A stretch of DNA of 64,000 bases from Clostridiales bacterium (GTDB lineage: Bacteria; Bacillota; Clostridia; Christensenellales; UBA3700): positions 24,539 through 88,538 of the forward strand of contig JAAVHS010000027.1 of the NCBI GenBank assembly GCA_014799575.1, written 5' to 3'. The position numbers and the translations under genes were made by a program. The notes below the pieces were generated by a model that saw only the letters and a list, made by a program, of their open reading frames with translations, searched no databases and was not told the origin of the DNA. Shown one piece after another: positions 18,574 through 27,137 of the stretch. Within the stretch, counting starts at the first letter, position 1; each line of letters starts with the position of its first letter.

Positions 18574-20976
18574 ATGGGGAAAATAGTTATGCCAAAGAAT
18601 AGCGCTTTGCTTGAAGAAGTAGAGGCAGTTTTAAAAATCTATTATGAATCGGGCGATTGGCTTTCTAATGATGAATATAAAACAAGGTTAAAGCGACTAA
18701 TTGGAGACGACCAATATGCATCGTCATATACCAAAAAGGCGCAGATTACGTCTTATTTTGGATTTACTGAATGGGAAGACATTTCTAATGTCCGTTCGAT
18801 GAGAAGAATTACAGGACGAGGAAAACAGTTTTATTTACACTTGCTCAACCACGACAATGATGGTATTATTGAGGATCTTATATGCTCTTTAGAGCAAGTT
18901 ACTTTTGGCCGAGACAACTATGGATGCCCAGATAGTAACTCCGATGTGGAACCGCCTGTAGTTTTTTTACGTGCAGTTTTGGATTTAGGATATTTGACTT
19001 ATAAGGAATATGCTTACATTCTCTGGAAGTTAGAAGATTGTGGCAGAAATTATACAGACACAAAGAACGATATTTTAGATTTTAGAACATCTAATGAGTT
19101 TGATTTGCCCCAAGAAGCTCAAAAATATACAGATGCAAAGCCTATTATGGTTCTTATACGGTGGGGCTTGCTAGAAGAAGACGAAACTTCTACGGGTAAC
19201 AAACATATTATTATTCCGCATGAAATTAAGGGAAAATACTCGAATAGGTTAAGAAATTTAAAGATTTATAACATAGACAAAAATATAATTGAGAATGCTC
19301 CAGAAATAAAAAACGATCAAGAGCCTTCTATAGAATGGTTTAAACTTGAAGCTCAAAAGATATCAGCTGTTGATGATGAGGCAGAGCAATTATATGGTGA
19401 ATTCCGCGCCAAGTTTGCTCCAGAGGTTTTACAGCCGCTTGATGGATTGGACCTTCTACATAGGATGTTTTTAAATGAAACAGATAAGAAAGATAGCCTT
19501 TGCTATGTCTTAGAATATGATAAGAGATATGGTCTTTTTGGTAGTGTAGCTGGTGGTTCAGCCTACAAATATGGCCTTTTTTACAGTTGGGATAAAAAGT
19601 CATGGATGACAGGTTCAAGTAGAAAGCAAGAAAAATTAACTGTAGACCAAGCGATAAAAGTAGGGAAGCAAATACGTGATGAATTGTTGAGAGGTGCCGA
19701 GATTATAAGGAATTATGGAGAGCTAAAAGAAGTAAAGGATTACGCAGATCTTCATGCGCAACTTTACGCTGCAATGCCTCTAACAATAAGCAAAGCATGG
19801 GTTATGATGTATTTTCATATGATATTTCCTGATGTGTTTCCTGTTTTTTATAATGAAGAATGGCAGAGAAGAGCATTGGATTCCGCAAATATAGAGGCAG
19901 ATGAAAATTCGTTTATTAGAATGGGACAGATTGCATTATTTGTTAAGAAATGTGGCATATCGAATGTGGCATTCTCAAGAGTATTACATAGCATTAATTC
20001 CGATGTATCTATTGCCACAAAGGAAGAGACTATTGCTCGTCCATATGAATTTGAATCAAGTATAGTTGGGGCACAAAATCGTGTTATTTATGGAACGCCA
20101 GGATGTGGCAAATCATACTATGTACAGAAAATATATTTGCCGAAAATAGGAGTAGATACAAAAAACAATATGATAAGGACAACTTTCTATCAAGACTATA
20201 CGAACACCGACTTCGTTGGTCAGATTTTGCCCAAGGTTTTGGCTGATAAGTCAGTATCATATGAATTTAATCCTGGGCCATTCTCTCTTGCATTAAAGAA
20301 AGCTATAGAACAACCTAACACACCTGTTGCGTTAGTTATTGAAGAACTTAATAGGGGCAATGCAGCAAGCATATTCGGGGACATTTTCCAGTTGCTAGAT
20401 AGAGATGAAACAGGTACGAGTGAATACGAAATAACAAATGTCAATATGCAGGATTACTTGAATAAATGCTTTGTCGACCAAAAATTAATATTTGAAAGCA
20501 TTCGCATTCCTTCAAATTTATATATAGTAGCGACAATGAACACGAGTGACCAAAACGTATTCACCCTAGACACTGCTTTCAAACGCAGATGGCTTTTTGA
20601 GAAAATAAGAAACAAGTTTGATGATACTCACCAATACAAAGGATACTTTATCCCTGGTATGGACGGAGTAACATGGGAAGAACTTGTTAACAGTATAAAT
20701 GAATTTATAATAAATCGTCCAGACGATTTATCCTCTGAGGACAAGCTGATAGGTATTTATTTTATAGAAAAAGACACCTTGTGCGATAAGGTGGAGGATT
20801 GTAACGATGTAGAGAAGAAAAAGCGTTTTGCCTACAAATTATTTGAGTATTTATGGGATGATGTTGCGAAGTTTGCTCATACGGATTGGTTTGGACCAGA
20901 AATAAAGTCGCTTGACCAACTCATAGATAGATATATGGAAAGCGGGAAACAGGTACTTGCTTATGTCCTTAAATAA
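18574..20976 (+). CDS. McrB-like AAA+ GTPase restriction subunit (LlaJI R1-like) with a long N-terminal region
   Basis: 800 aa. The Walker A motif YGTPGCGKSY is near residue 507. McrB-family signatures are LVIEELNRGNAASIFGD, ATMNTSDQ and LDTAFKRRW. GGAGG RBS. Confidence 0.85.
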   Translation: MGKIVMPKNSALLEEVEAVLKIYYESGDWLSNDEYKTRLKRLIGDDQYASSYTKKAQITSYFGFTEWEDISNVRSMRRITGRGKQFYLHLLNHDNDGIIEDLICSLEQVTFGRDNYGCPDSNSDVEPPVVFLRAVLDLGYLTYKEYAYILWKLEDCGRNYTDTKNDILDFRTSNEFDLPQEAQKYTDAKPIMVLIRWGLLEEDETSTGNKHIIIPHEIKGKYSNRLRNLKIYNIDKNIIENAPEIKNDQEPSIEWFKLEAQKISAVDDEAEQLYGEFRAKFAPEVLQPLDGLDLLHRMFLNETDKKDSLCYVLEYDKRYGLFGSVAGGSAYKYGLFYSWDKKSWMTGSSRKQEKLTVDQAIKVGKQIRDELLRGAEIIRNYGELKEVKDYADLHAQLYAAMPLTISKAWVMMYFHMIFPDVFPVFYNEEWQRRALDSANIEADENSFIRMGQIALFVKKCGISNVAFSRVLHSINSDVSIATKEETIARPYEFESSIVGAQNRVIYGTPGCGKSYYVQKIYLPKIGVDTKNNMIRTTFYQDYTNTDFVGQILPKVLADKSVSYEFNPGPFSLALKKAIEQPNTPVALVIEELNRGNAASIFGDIFQLLDRDETGTSEYEITNVNMQDYLNKCFVDQKLIFESIRIPSNLYIVATMNTSDQNVFTLDTAFKRRWLFEKIRNKFDDTHQYKGYFIPGMDGVTWEELVNSINEFIINRPDDLSSEDKLIGIYFIEKDTLCDKVEDCNDVEKKKRFAYKLFEYLWDDVAKFAHTDWFGPEIKSLDQLIDRYMESGKQVLAYVLK

Positions 20977-22261
20977 TTGCATAATAAACCATTTTCATCC
21001 GCACCCAGTGACGGGCAAGACCGAGGACTCGTTTGTTGGTTTACGCATTAAAGGGAATGACATACACTTTTTTTATCCTGAGTCGTATAGGTTCGATATT
21101 GAATCGGATACGATTCGTAATGACGTAATAGACTTATTACGAACTATAGCTATAGCCAAAACTGCCTCGTTTGAGCCTTCTAAAGCAAACAATACTACAA
21201 AGGTTCAAGGTGAGTTTGCACTTGTGTCGTATCTTTGGATAATTAAGGATTTTTTATGTAATGGATTCTATGTTAACCGGGAAAAATCTTATAAGGTTAA
21301 CCAAGCAGGTAGAGTGGATTGGAAGCGGACGATGCAGACGCAAGCTATCGTTTCGAATGGCAATATTATTTACCCTAACATTATCGTTTCTACTAAGAGC
21401 ACAGTAGACAATCTATTAGTGGATATTCATAAATACTGCGTAAAGAAGAGCATTGATTTTATTGGGTGGCTCTTTAATCTCAACTCTTCTTTCATAGAAA
21501 CGAAGCCATTCAACGAGAGTATTAAAAAGCTATACATTAAGACTATCAAGCAGGAACTTGACAAAACTTTTGATGATGATAAGCGCATTAGATTAAAACA
21601 CATATTGAATATAGTCAAAGGTCTCGATGCAAGTGAGAATAATGACGAGTTCGTATATGGGGTGGATTCATACTATTATATTTTTGAACGTATGATTGAC
21701 TCCATATTCGGGAATGTAAAGAATATGCGAGATTTTAATCCTACGGCCAAGTGGCAGCTTTTGCGAAACAATTACAAAGAAACTAAGAGTTCCGACCTTC
21801 GACCGGACACAATAATTGTCAAAGAAGATGGAAATGTTTTTATATTAGATGCGAAGTTCTATCGTTTTGGGTATACAGGTAATGAAAAGGATTTGCCAGA
21901 AACGACTTCTATACAAAAGCAAATTACTTATGGCGATTTCATAAAAAGGAATGTCACCAATATTGATATTAAAGTAATTTATAATGCTTTTTTACTGCCA
22001 TATGATAAAGAACGAGAATCATTCCATTCAAACGAGAATATTCAATATATAGGTTTTGCAAAATCGACATGGAAAGATAACAAAATTGGACATGAAATAA
22101 TACATACATTTTTGATAGACCTCAAGCATGTTGTTAAAGCGTGGAGCAGATTAAATCACTATGAGGATGTTGAGTATTTAGTAAATGAGATCATAATGCA
22201 AAATTTTAATGCTCAATCGATATTAGGGAATGGTGATTTAGAAATTGAAAAGAAAGATTAG
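20963..22261 (+). CDS. LlaJI R2/McrC-like PD-(D/E)xK restriction subunit
   Basis: The nuclease pattern is LRPDTIIVKEDGNVFILDAKFY. The gene overlaps the 3' end of the McrB-like gene. The ATG at 20963 is preferred over the TTG at 20957. The family call relies mainly on gene context. Confidence 0.65.
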   Translation: MSLNNCIINHFHPHPVTGKTEDSFVGLRIKGNDIHFFYPESYRFDIESDTIRNDVIDLLRTIAIAKTASFEPSKANNTTKVQGEFALVSYLWIIKDFLCNGFYVNREKSYKVNQAGRVDWKRTMQTQAIVSNGNIIYPNIIVSTKSTVDNLLVDIHKYCVKKSIDFIGWLFNLNSSFIETKPFNESIKKLYIKTIKQELDKTFDDDKRIRLKHILNIVKGLDASENNDEFVYGVDSYYYIFERMIDSIFGNVKNMRDFNPTAKWQLLRNNYKETKSSDLRPDTIIVKEDGNVFILDAKFYRFGYTGNEKDLPETTSIQKQITYGDFIKRNVTNIDIKVIYNAFLLPYDKERESFHSNENIQYIGFAKSTWKDNKIGHEIIHTFLIDLKHVVKAWSRLNHYEDVEYLVNEIIMQNFNAQSILGNGDLEIEKKD

Positions 22262-22352
22262 ATTGACAATGGCGATAGATAGGCTACAAGTAAAATTTTA
22301 GCCTATTATATATATGATAATATAAAAATTTATAATTATTATAACCCAAAAG

Positions 22353-22583
22353 AAAATCCTTTTTGTTAAGTCGTAAAGTAAAAAAATCCTTATTGTTCAA
22401 TACCAAGGCGAGAAAAATCCTTTTTGTACAATGGCAATAGATTTTTTTAGAGTAGTGCGAAAGCATTATTGCAAGGGTATGTCGAATGAACAAAAAGGAT
22501 TTTGTTCCTCAAAGTGCTTTAAATATGAAAAACACACGCTTTCGGAGTTCAAATTAGTAACGCTCCTTTTGCGTGTGCTTGGG
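22353..22583. repeat. proximal island junction: tRNA-Leu downstream flank with clustered 14-17-bp motif copies
   Basis: AAAATCCTTTTTGT-type motif lies at 22353, 22383 (1 mismatch) and 22414, with an inverted copy TGAACAAAAAGGATTTT at 22487. The region is duplicated at 14809-14983. Confidence 0.65.
22528..22577 (-). terminator. terminator of tRNA-Leu
   Basis: On the minus strand, CACACGC ... GCGTGTG forms a stem with an inner GGAG/CTCC stem and is followed by TTTTT. It lies directly downstream of the tRNA 3' end. Confidence 0.5.
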
Positions 22584-22670
22584 TGGTGCCGAAGGCGGGA
22601 CTTGAACCCGCACGATGTCGCCATCACCGGATTTTGAGTCCGGCGCGTCTGCCAATTCCACCACTTCGGC
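22584..22670 (-). tRNA. tRNA-Leu (anticodon CAA), CCA encoded
   Basis: The reverse complement reads GCCGAAG TG GTGG..ACGCG CCGGA-CTCAAAA-TCCGG, a long variable arm (GATG-GCGA-CATC), GCGGG-TTCAAGT-CCCGC, CTTCGGC A CCA. The acceptor, anticodon, variable and T stems all pair. Confidence 0.9.
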
Positions 22671-22818
22671 AAGGGTAAATTGTCATGTGCTTTATTATAT
22701 TAGCATACTATTTGGCTATTTGCAATCAAATTTTTCAAAAAATAATGAAAAAAATCTAGATTTATAGAAGGTTATGTTGTACAATAGAAATATAAACGGA
22801 ATAGGGGAAGGATGAGTA

Positions 22819-23352
22819 ATGAATATTTGGCACGATATCAGCAAGGACAGGATAAATTCCGAAGACTTTATAAGTTGTATTGAAATTCCCAAAGGTTGCA
22901 AGAACAAATACGAAGTTGACAAGCAGACGGGTATGCTTATATTGGATAGAATTTTGTATACGGCTACGCACTATCCTGCAAATTACGGTTTTATTCCTCG
23001 CACGTACGCGGACGACGGCGACCCGTTGGACGTGCTGGTAATATGTTCGGAAGACATCGCGCCTCTTGCGCTCGTGAGATGCTATCCGATAGGTCAAATC
23101 TCAATGATAGACGAGGGAAGAGAGGATATTAAGATTCTTGCCGTACCGTTCAAAGACCCCAACTGGAACGTCTATCAGGACGTAAGAGAATTGCCGCAGC
23201 ACATCATAGAAGAAATGAGACACTTTTTCGGCGTTTACAAGCAGTTGGAAGGCAAGAAGATGGAAGTGCTCGAACTCTCGGGAAGAGAAGTCGCGGTCGA
23301 GTCAATACAAAAAGCCATTCAACTCTACAACGAAGTATTTTTGAAAGACTGA
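22819..23352 (+). CDS. ppa: inorganic pyrophosphatase (family I)
   Basis: IEIPKGCKNKYEVDK, YPANYGFIPRTYADDGDPLDVLV, DEGREDIKILAV. Confidence 0.95.
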   Translation: MNIWHDISKDRINSEDFISCIEIPKGCKNKYEVDKQTGMLILDRILYTATHYPANYGFIPRTYADDGDPLDVLVICSEDIAPLALVRCYPIGQISMIDEGREDIKILAVPFKDPNWNVYQDVRELPQHIIEEMRHFFGVYKQLEGKKMEVLELSGREVAVESIQKAIQLYNEVFLKD

Positions 23353-23368
23353 TAAAATCTAATCACCA

Positions 23369-25519
23369 ATGAAAAGACTTTTTAATTTCAGAATAATGCC
23401 ACTTTGTTTACTCGGCATTGTTTTGGCGATTTGCGTCGTAACTTTCTGCGACGTTCCGCTTGCGATAGTTATTGCCGTCGCCGCGCTCGTATTGGGCGCA
23501 GCGGCTATTTTTGTCAAGCGGTTTTGCAATGCAAGAGCAAAGTTGACGGTCTTATGCTTTGTATTTTTGTTGGCGATGGGCATTACTTCTCTTGCGTACG
23601 TGCGAGTGGAGAACGCAAAGATTTATTCTAGCGATTGCATTGTCGAGGGCAGCGTATCTATGATGACGGACAGCGACGAGGAGGGCAACTTTGTCAATAC
23701 CAATTCAAGCGTGGCGTACGTTTATATCGAGGACGTAAAGGTAAACGGAAGTGCGATTAAAGGCGAAGCGCAAGTATGTTTTTCTTCAAAGGAATTGGCT
23801 GACGGCTTGCGTATCGGCGATAGAATAAAATTCAAAGGCAACGTCTCGCCGAAGAATTTGTGCGTGACGGATTCTTACAGTATATACGCATACAAAAACA
23901 ATATTTACCACTACGTGACTTGCTCGGAAAAGTTAGAGGACGAAGAGAGGATATTTCAAGTAATCGAAAACAAAGTCAAGTTTGGCGACAGGGTGAGATT
24001 GAAAATCAAAAGCGCGGTGTATTCCAACGTCAAGAGCGAGACGGCAGGCTTTCTCTACGCAATGACATTGGGCGACAAGTCGGGACTTGACAAAGAGATA
24101 AAGACTGATTTCCAAAGGACGGGAGTGGCGCATATTTTTGCAGTATCCGGTCTTCACGTCGGAATTATCGCAGGCGCGTTGCTATGGCTTTTGAAAAAGT
24201 TGAAAGTCAAGAAATATTACGTGAAATTCACAGTAGTCGCTGCGGTGTTAATTCCATTTTGCGCGTTGTGCGGATTTTCGGCGTCTACCGTAAGAGCGAC
24301 TGTAATGACGTTGGTAGCGTTGGGCGCAAGGACATTGGCGTATAGAAGCGACAGCCTATCCAATCTGTCTTTGGCAGGTTGCGCGATTTTGCTTGTCAAT
24401 CCGCTATATCTTTTCGACGTAGGATTCTTAATGAGTTTTGTTGCGGTATACGGTTTAATTACCATTTCCACGCCGATACAAAAGCTTTTCCCAAAGAAAA
24501 TGCCGAGAAAACTTGCCTTTCTTCTTTCGGCGACTATCTCGGTCAACGTCGCTTTGTTGCCGATTATGATAATGACATTCGGCAGTCAAACTTTGCTGTC
24601 GGTTGTCGCCAACTTGATTGTTATACCGATTGCGAGTATAATATTTCCTATCTATCTCGTCGCGTTGGTTGTCGTATGTATACTTCCTTTTTCCGGAATA
24701 TTGCTGTCCATTGTCGGCGCGCCATTTACGGTGATGATTGCTCTTGTGGGTAAATTGAGCGAGTTGGAAACGCCGGTGATATATTTCCGTTCAGGCGCAA
24801 TATTTATCGTACTGTCTATCGTAGTAATGCTTTTGCTTTCCAAATACTTTTTCGCGGATAAGAAAATCAAGAAAGTCACGGCGGTTGCGCTTGCGATTTG
24901 TCTATGTCTTAGCGTAGTAACGAATATCACCAAGTGGGGCAATGAAAACGCAATAGCGTATTGCTATGAAGACAAATACGACGCGCAGTACGCTTTCGTA
25001 GAAAACGCAGGTGGAGGAAGATATATGATTGTCAACGGAAGACTTACCGACGACACAGTGTCTTCGACGTTGAATTTTATCAATAGAAAAGGTTTTGCAA
25101 AAGTAGACGGAATTGCGGTAGTCGGCGAAGACGTCAACGGCAACGTTTTGCAAAAACTAGCACAGAATTTGAATTGCTCTGACATTTATGCTTTCAACGC
25201 CGATGAGTTTATAGACGTGTCGTTGTACGCAAAGTCATTCGTTATAGAAGACGGGTTGACGCTCTCTTATCTCAATAGCGGAACTCTCGAAATTATAGCG
25301 GGCAAGAGCGTGATTAGAGTAGTTGCCGAGGACTATAATTCGCCCGACGATAATTACGATATACTCATTTCCTATGACGCGCAAACTTCGCTAAAAGAGG
25401 GGCAATATGCGGTGAGCAAGACAGGAAATGAAAATTCTTTGAAAAATAATCTGCCATCGACGTTTACTTTTAGGCTAAACAATGGTAAAATACTAATAAA
25501 TCCAAGTTGGAGATACTGA
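23369..25519 (+). CDS. comEC: ComEC/Rec2 DNA internalisation channel protein with a degenerate C-terminal MBL-like region
   Basis: There is an N-terminal OB-like region and the competence-domain signature FQRTGVAHIFAVSGLHVGII with many TMs. The C-terminal region lacks an HxHxDH motif. Confidence 0.85.
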   Translation: MKRLFNFRIMPLCLLGIVLAICVVTFCDVPLAIVIAVAALVLGAAAIFVKRFCNARAKLTVLCFVFLLAMGITSLAYVRVENAKIYSSDCIVEGSVSMMTDSDEEGNFVNTNSSVAYVYIEDVKVNGSAIKGEAQVCFSSKELADGLRIGDRIKFKGNVSPKNLCVTDSYSIYAYKNNIYHYVTCSEKLEDEERIFQVIENKVKFGDRVRLKIKSAVYSNVKSETAGFLYAMTLGDKSGLDKEIKTDFQRTGVAHIFAVSGLHVGIIAGALLWLLKKLKVKKYYVKFTVVAAVLIPFCALCGFSASTVRATVMTLVALGARTLAYRSDSLSNLSLAGCAILLVNPLYLFDVGFLMSFVAVYGLITISTPIQKLFPKKMPRKLAFLLSATISVNVALLPIMIMTFGSQTLLSVVANLIVIPIASIIFPIYLVALVVVCILPFSGILLSIVGAPFTVMIALVGKLSELETPVIYFRSGAIFIVLSIVVMLLLSKYFFADKKIKKVTAVALAICLCLSVVTNITKWGNENAIAYCYEDKYDAQYAFVENAGGGRYMIVNGRLTDDTVSSTLNFINRKGFAKVDGIAVVGEDVNGNVLQKLAQNLNCSDIYAFNADEFIDVSLYAKSFVIEDGLTLSYLNSGTLEIIAGKSVIRVVAEDYNSPDDNYDILISYDAQTSLKEGQYAVSKTGNENSLKNNLPSTFTFRLNNGKILINPSWRY

Positions 25520-26520
25520 TGCAAGCATTACAGTTGAAGCAGACTTTCAAGACGAATATTTCGGATATCTACGCAATCTTCGGCGACGACGAAGGCTTGA
25601 TATTGTACGCTCTTGAAAAGTTCTACGATTTGATACCGCAGGATATGAGAGATTTTTGCGTGCAGAAGTTCGAGGGCAACGAGATAACGAGCGAGGACGT
25701 AATATCCGCATTGTCTTACAGCTCGATGTTTGGAGACAGAAGGCTTGTTATCGTCAAGGATTTCAACAGGAAACTTTCGGTCGCGGAAACTGAAAGTTGG
25801 CTTGATTACGTAGGCAATATCGTGGACGGCAATATCCTCGTGCTTGTCAACTGTCCTACGGTGAAGAATGCGATAAGTCAATTTGTCGTCGAGGTAGATT
25901 GCAATAAAATGAGCCTTATCGACTACGTGAATTATATCGAGACGCTTTTCAAATTCTACAAGATAAATTACGACAAATCTTCGCTTTCCGAGATAGTGCA
26001 TAGATGCAACAAAGATTTCGGCAAGATAAACAACGAAGTCAACAAAATTATGCTTTACGCAAAAGACGGTAGCGAGGTCAACAGGGCGTTGATAGAGGAC
26101 TTAGTTCCCACCGATACGGAAACGCAGGTATTCGAGTTTATTTTCGCAATACAGGACGGTGATTACGACAAGGCGATGAGCATAATTGACGTACTTCTCG
26201 AAAGAGGCGACAAGCCGTCAATGATACTTGCCACGATTACGTTGACGTACAAGCGTACGTTTGCGATAATGACCAACGAAGGCGACGACGATTTTCTTTG
26301 CGAAAGTTTGGGTATGCGCAAGCCCGCGTTGTTTATGGCAAGGAAGAAAATAGATATGGCGAAACGTCGCGCGCCCGGTTTTTTGTCGAGGTTGAAAAAC
26401 ACCGTCTATTATCTTTATTCTTTGGAATACGACTTCAAGAGCGGAAAGATTTCTCAGGAAAACGCGCTTGATTTGGCAATAACATATTTGATAGGAAAGA
26501 CCAATGCAAAACGAACCTAG
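25519..26520 (+). CDS. holA: DNA polymerase III delta subunit
   Basis: About 333 aa, immediately after comEC as in Bacillus. TGATG overlap with the comEC stop. The N-terminus IYAIFGDDEGLI and the general delta-subunit layout fit holA. Confidence 0.75.
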   Translation: MQALQLKQTFKTNISDIYAIFGDDEGLILYALEKFYDLIPQDMRDFCVQKFEGNEITSEDVISALSYSSMFGDRRLVIVKDFNRKLSVAETESWLDYVGNIVDGNILVLVNCPTVKNAISQFVVEVDCNKMSLIDYVNYIETLFKFYKINYDKSSLSEIVHRCNKDFGKINNEVNKIMLYAKDGSEVNRALIEDLVPTDTETQVFEFIFAIQDGDYDKAMSIIDVLLERGDKPSMILATITLTYKRTFAIMTNEGDDDFLCESLGMRKPALFMARKKIDMAKRRAPGFLSRLKNTVYYLYSLEYDFKSGKISQENALDLAITYLIGKTNAKRT

Positions 26521-27136
26521 ACAAGTCATTTACACACGTCCGCCGTCGACGCCGAAATTGAAAAACGATTGGCTCACGATAGTTGTCAAACTATTGCTTA
26601 TCGGCAGTATATTTTTTTGCAACTTTTTCAGCGGCGTAGGCAATTATAATTCACTTTTCGCATACGTTATAGACGCGACGTACGGCTATACTTTCACGCA
26701 AGCGGCGGGTATGAGCGTAATGCAACTTATGTCAATGTTTGAGAGCGGAGCAATGGCGGTGGCTTTCAAGGTAGTGTCGCCTCTCATCACCTCTCTTATC
26801 GTATTTTTGTTCTATATTTTATACGCAAAGTTTTTCGCGTACTTGGTATTCAATCAAAGCAGAGTGCTTGAACTGTCTTTCGATATTCGCAAATTCAGAA
26901 TATGCCTTGACTGCTCGGTGGTATTGCTCGCTCTTCTTATGGGCGTAAGCAGATATATATTCTATTGCTATCCGCTTGCAAGCAATATTGGCGAGGCGAT
27001 AGTAGACCCGCTGATTGCGATAATTGCGCTTGCTGCGTTCTTCTTCGCTTATACGAGAGGAATGGAAAAGAAGTATTATCCCATACTTCTCAACGTAATG
27101 CTTATTCCTGCCATTATTTTGGTAGTAGTCGTGTGA
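26504..27136 (+). CDS. hypothetical polytopic membrane protein
   Basis: 210-aa ORF with about 5 hydrophobic segments. I recognise no motif. Confidence 0.4.
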   Translation: MQNEPRQVIYTRPPSTPKLKNDWLTIVVKLLLIGSIFFCNFFSGVGNYNSLFAYVIDATYGYTFTQAAGMSVMQLMSMFESGAMAVAFKVVSPLITSLIVFLFYILYAKFFAYLVFNQSRVLELSFDIRKFRICLDCSVVLLALLMGVSRYIFYCYPLASNIGEAIVDPLIAIIALAAFFFAYTRGMEKKYYPILLNVMLIPAIILVVVV

Positions 27137-27137
27137 G

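Larger units (their letters stand above)
10536..22583. mobile_element. two-part AT-rich genomic (defence) island downstream of tRNA-Leu; no integrase visible
   Basis: The block is bounded and subdivided by degenerate copies of the tRNA-Leu 3' end (10598-10618, 15048-15067) and of the tRNA downstream flank (14809-14983 versus 22410-22585). Spot GC counts are 16/60 at 11581-11640 inside versus 28/60 at 23401-23460 outside. The cargo is exclusively R-M or defence-type genes. Confidence 0.6.

Noticed and set aside
22284-22672. Three 68-69-aa ORFs over the proximal junction repeat and the tRNA-Leu gene.
   Set aside because: They overlap a clean tRNA cloverleaf and repeated non-coding DNA. They show no coding signal.
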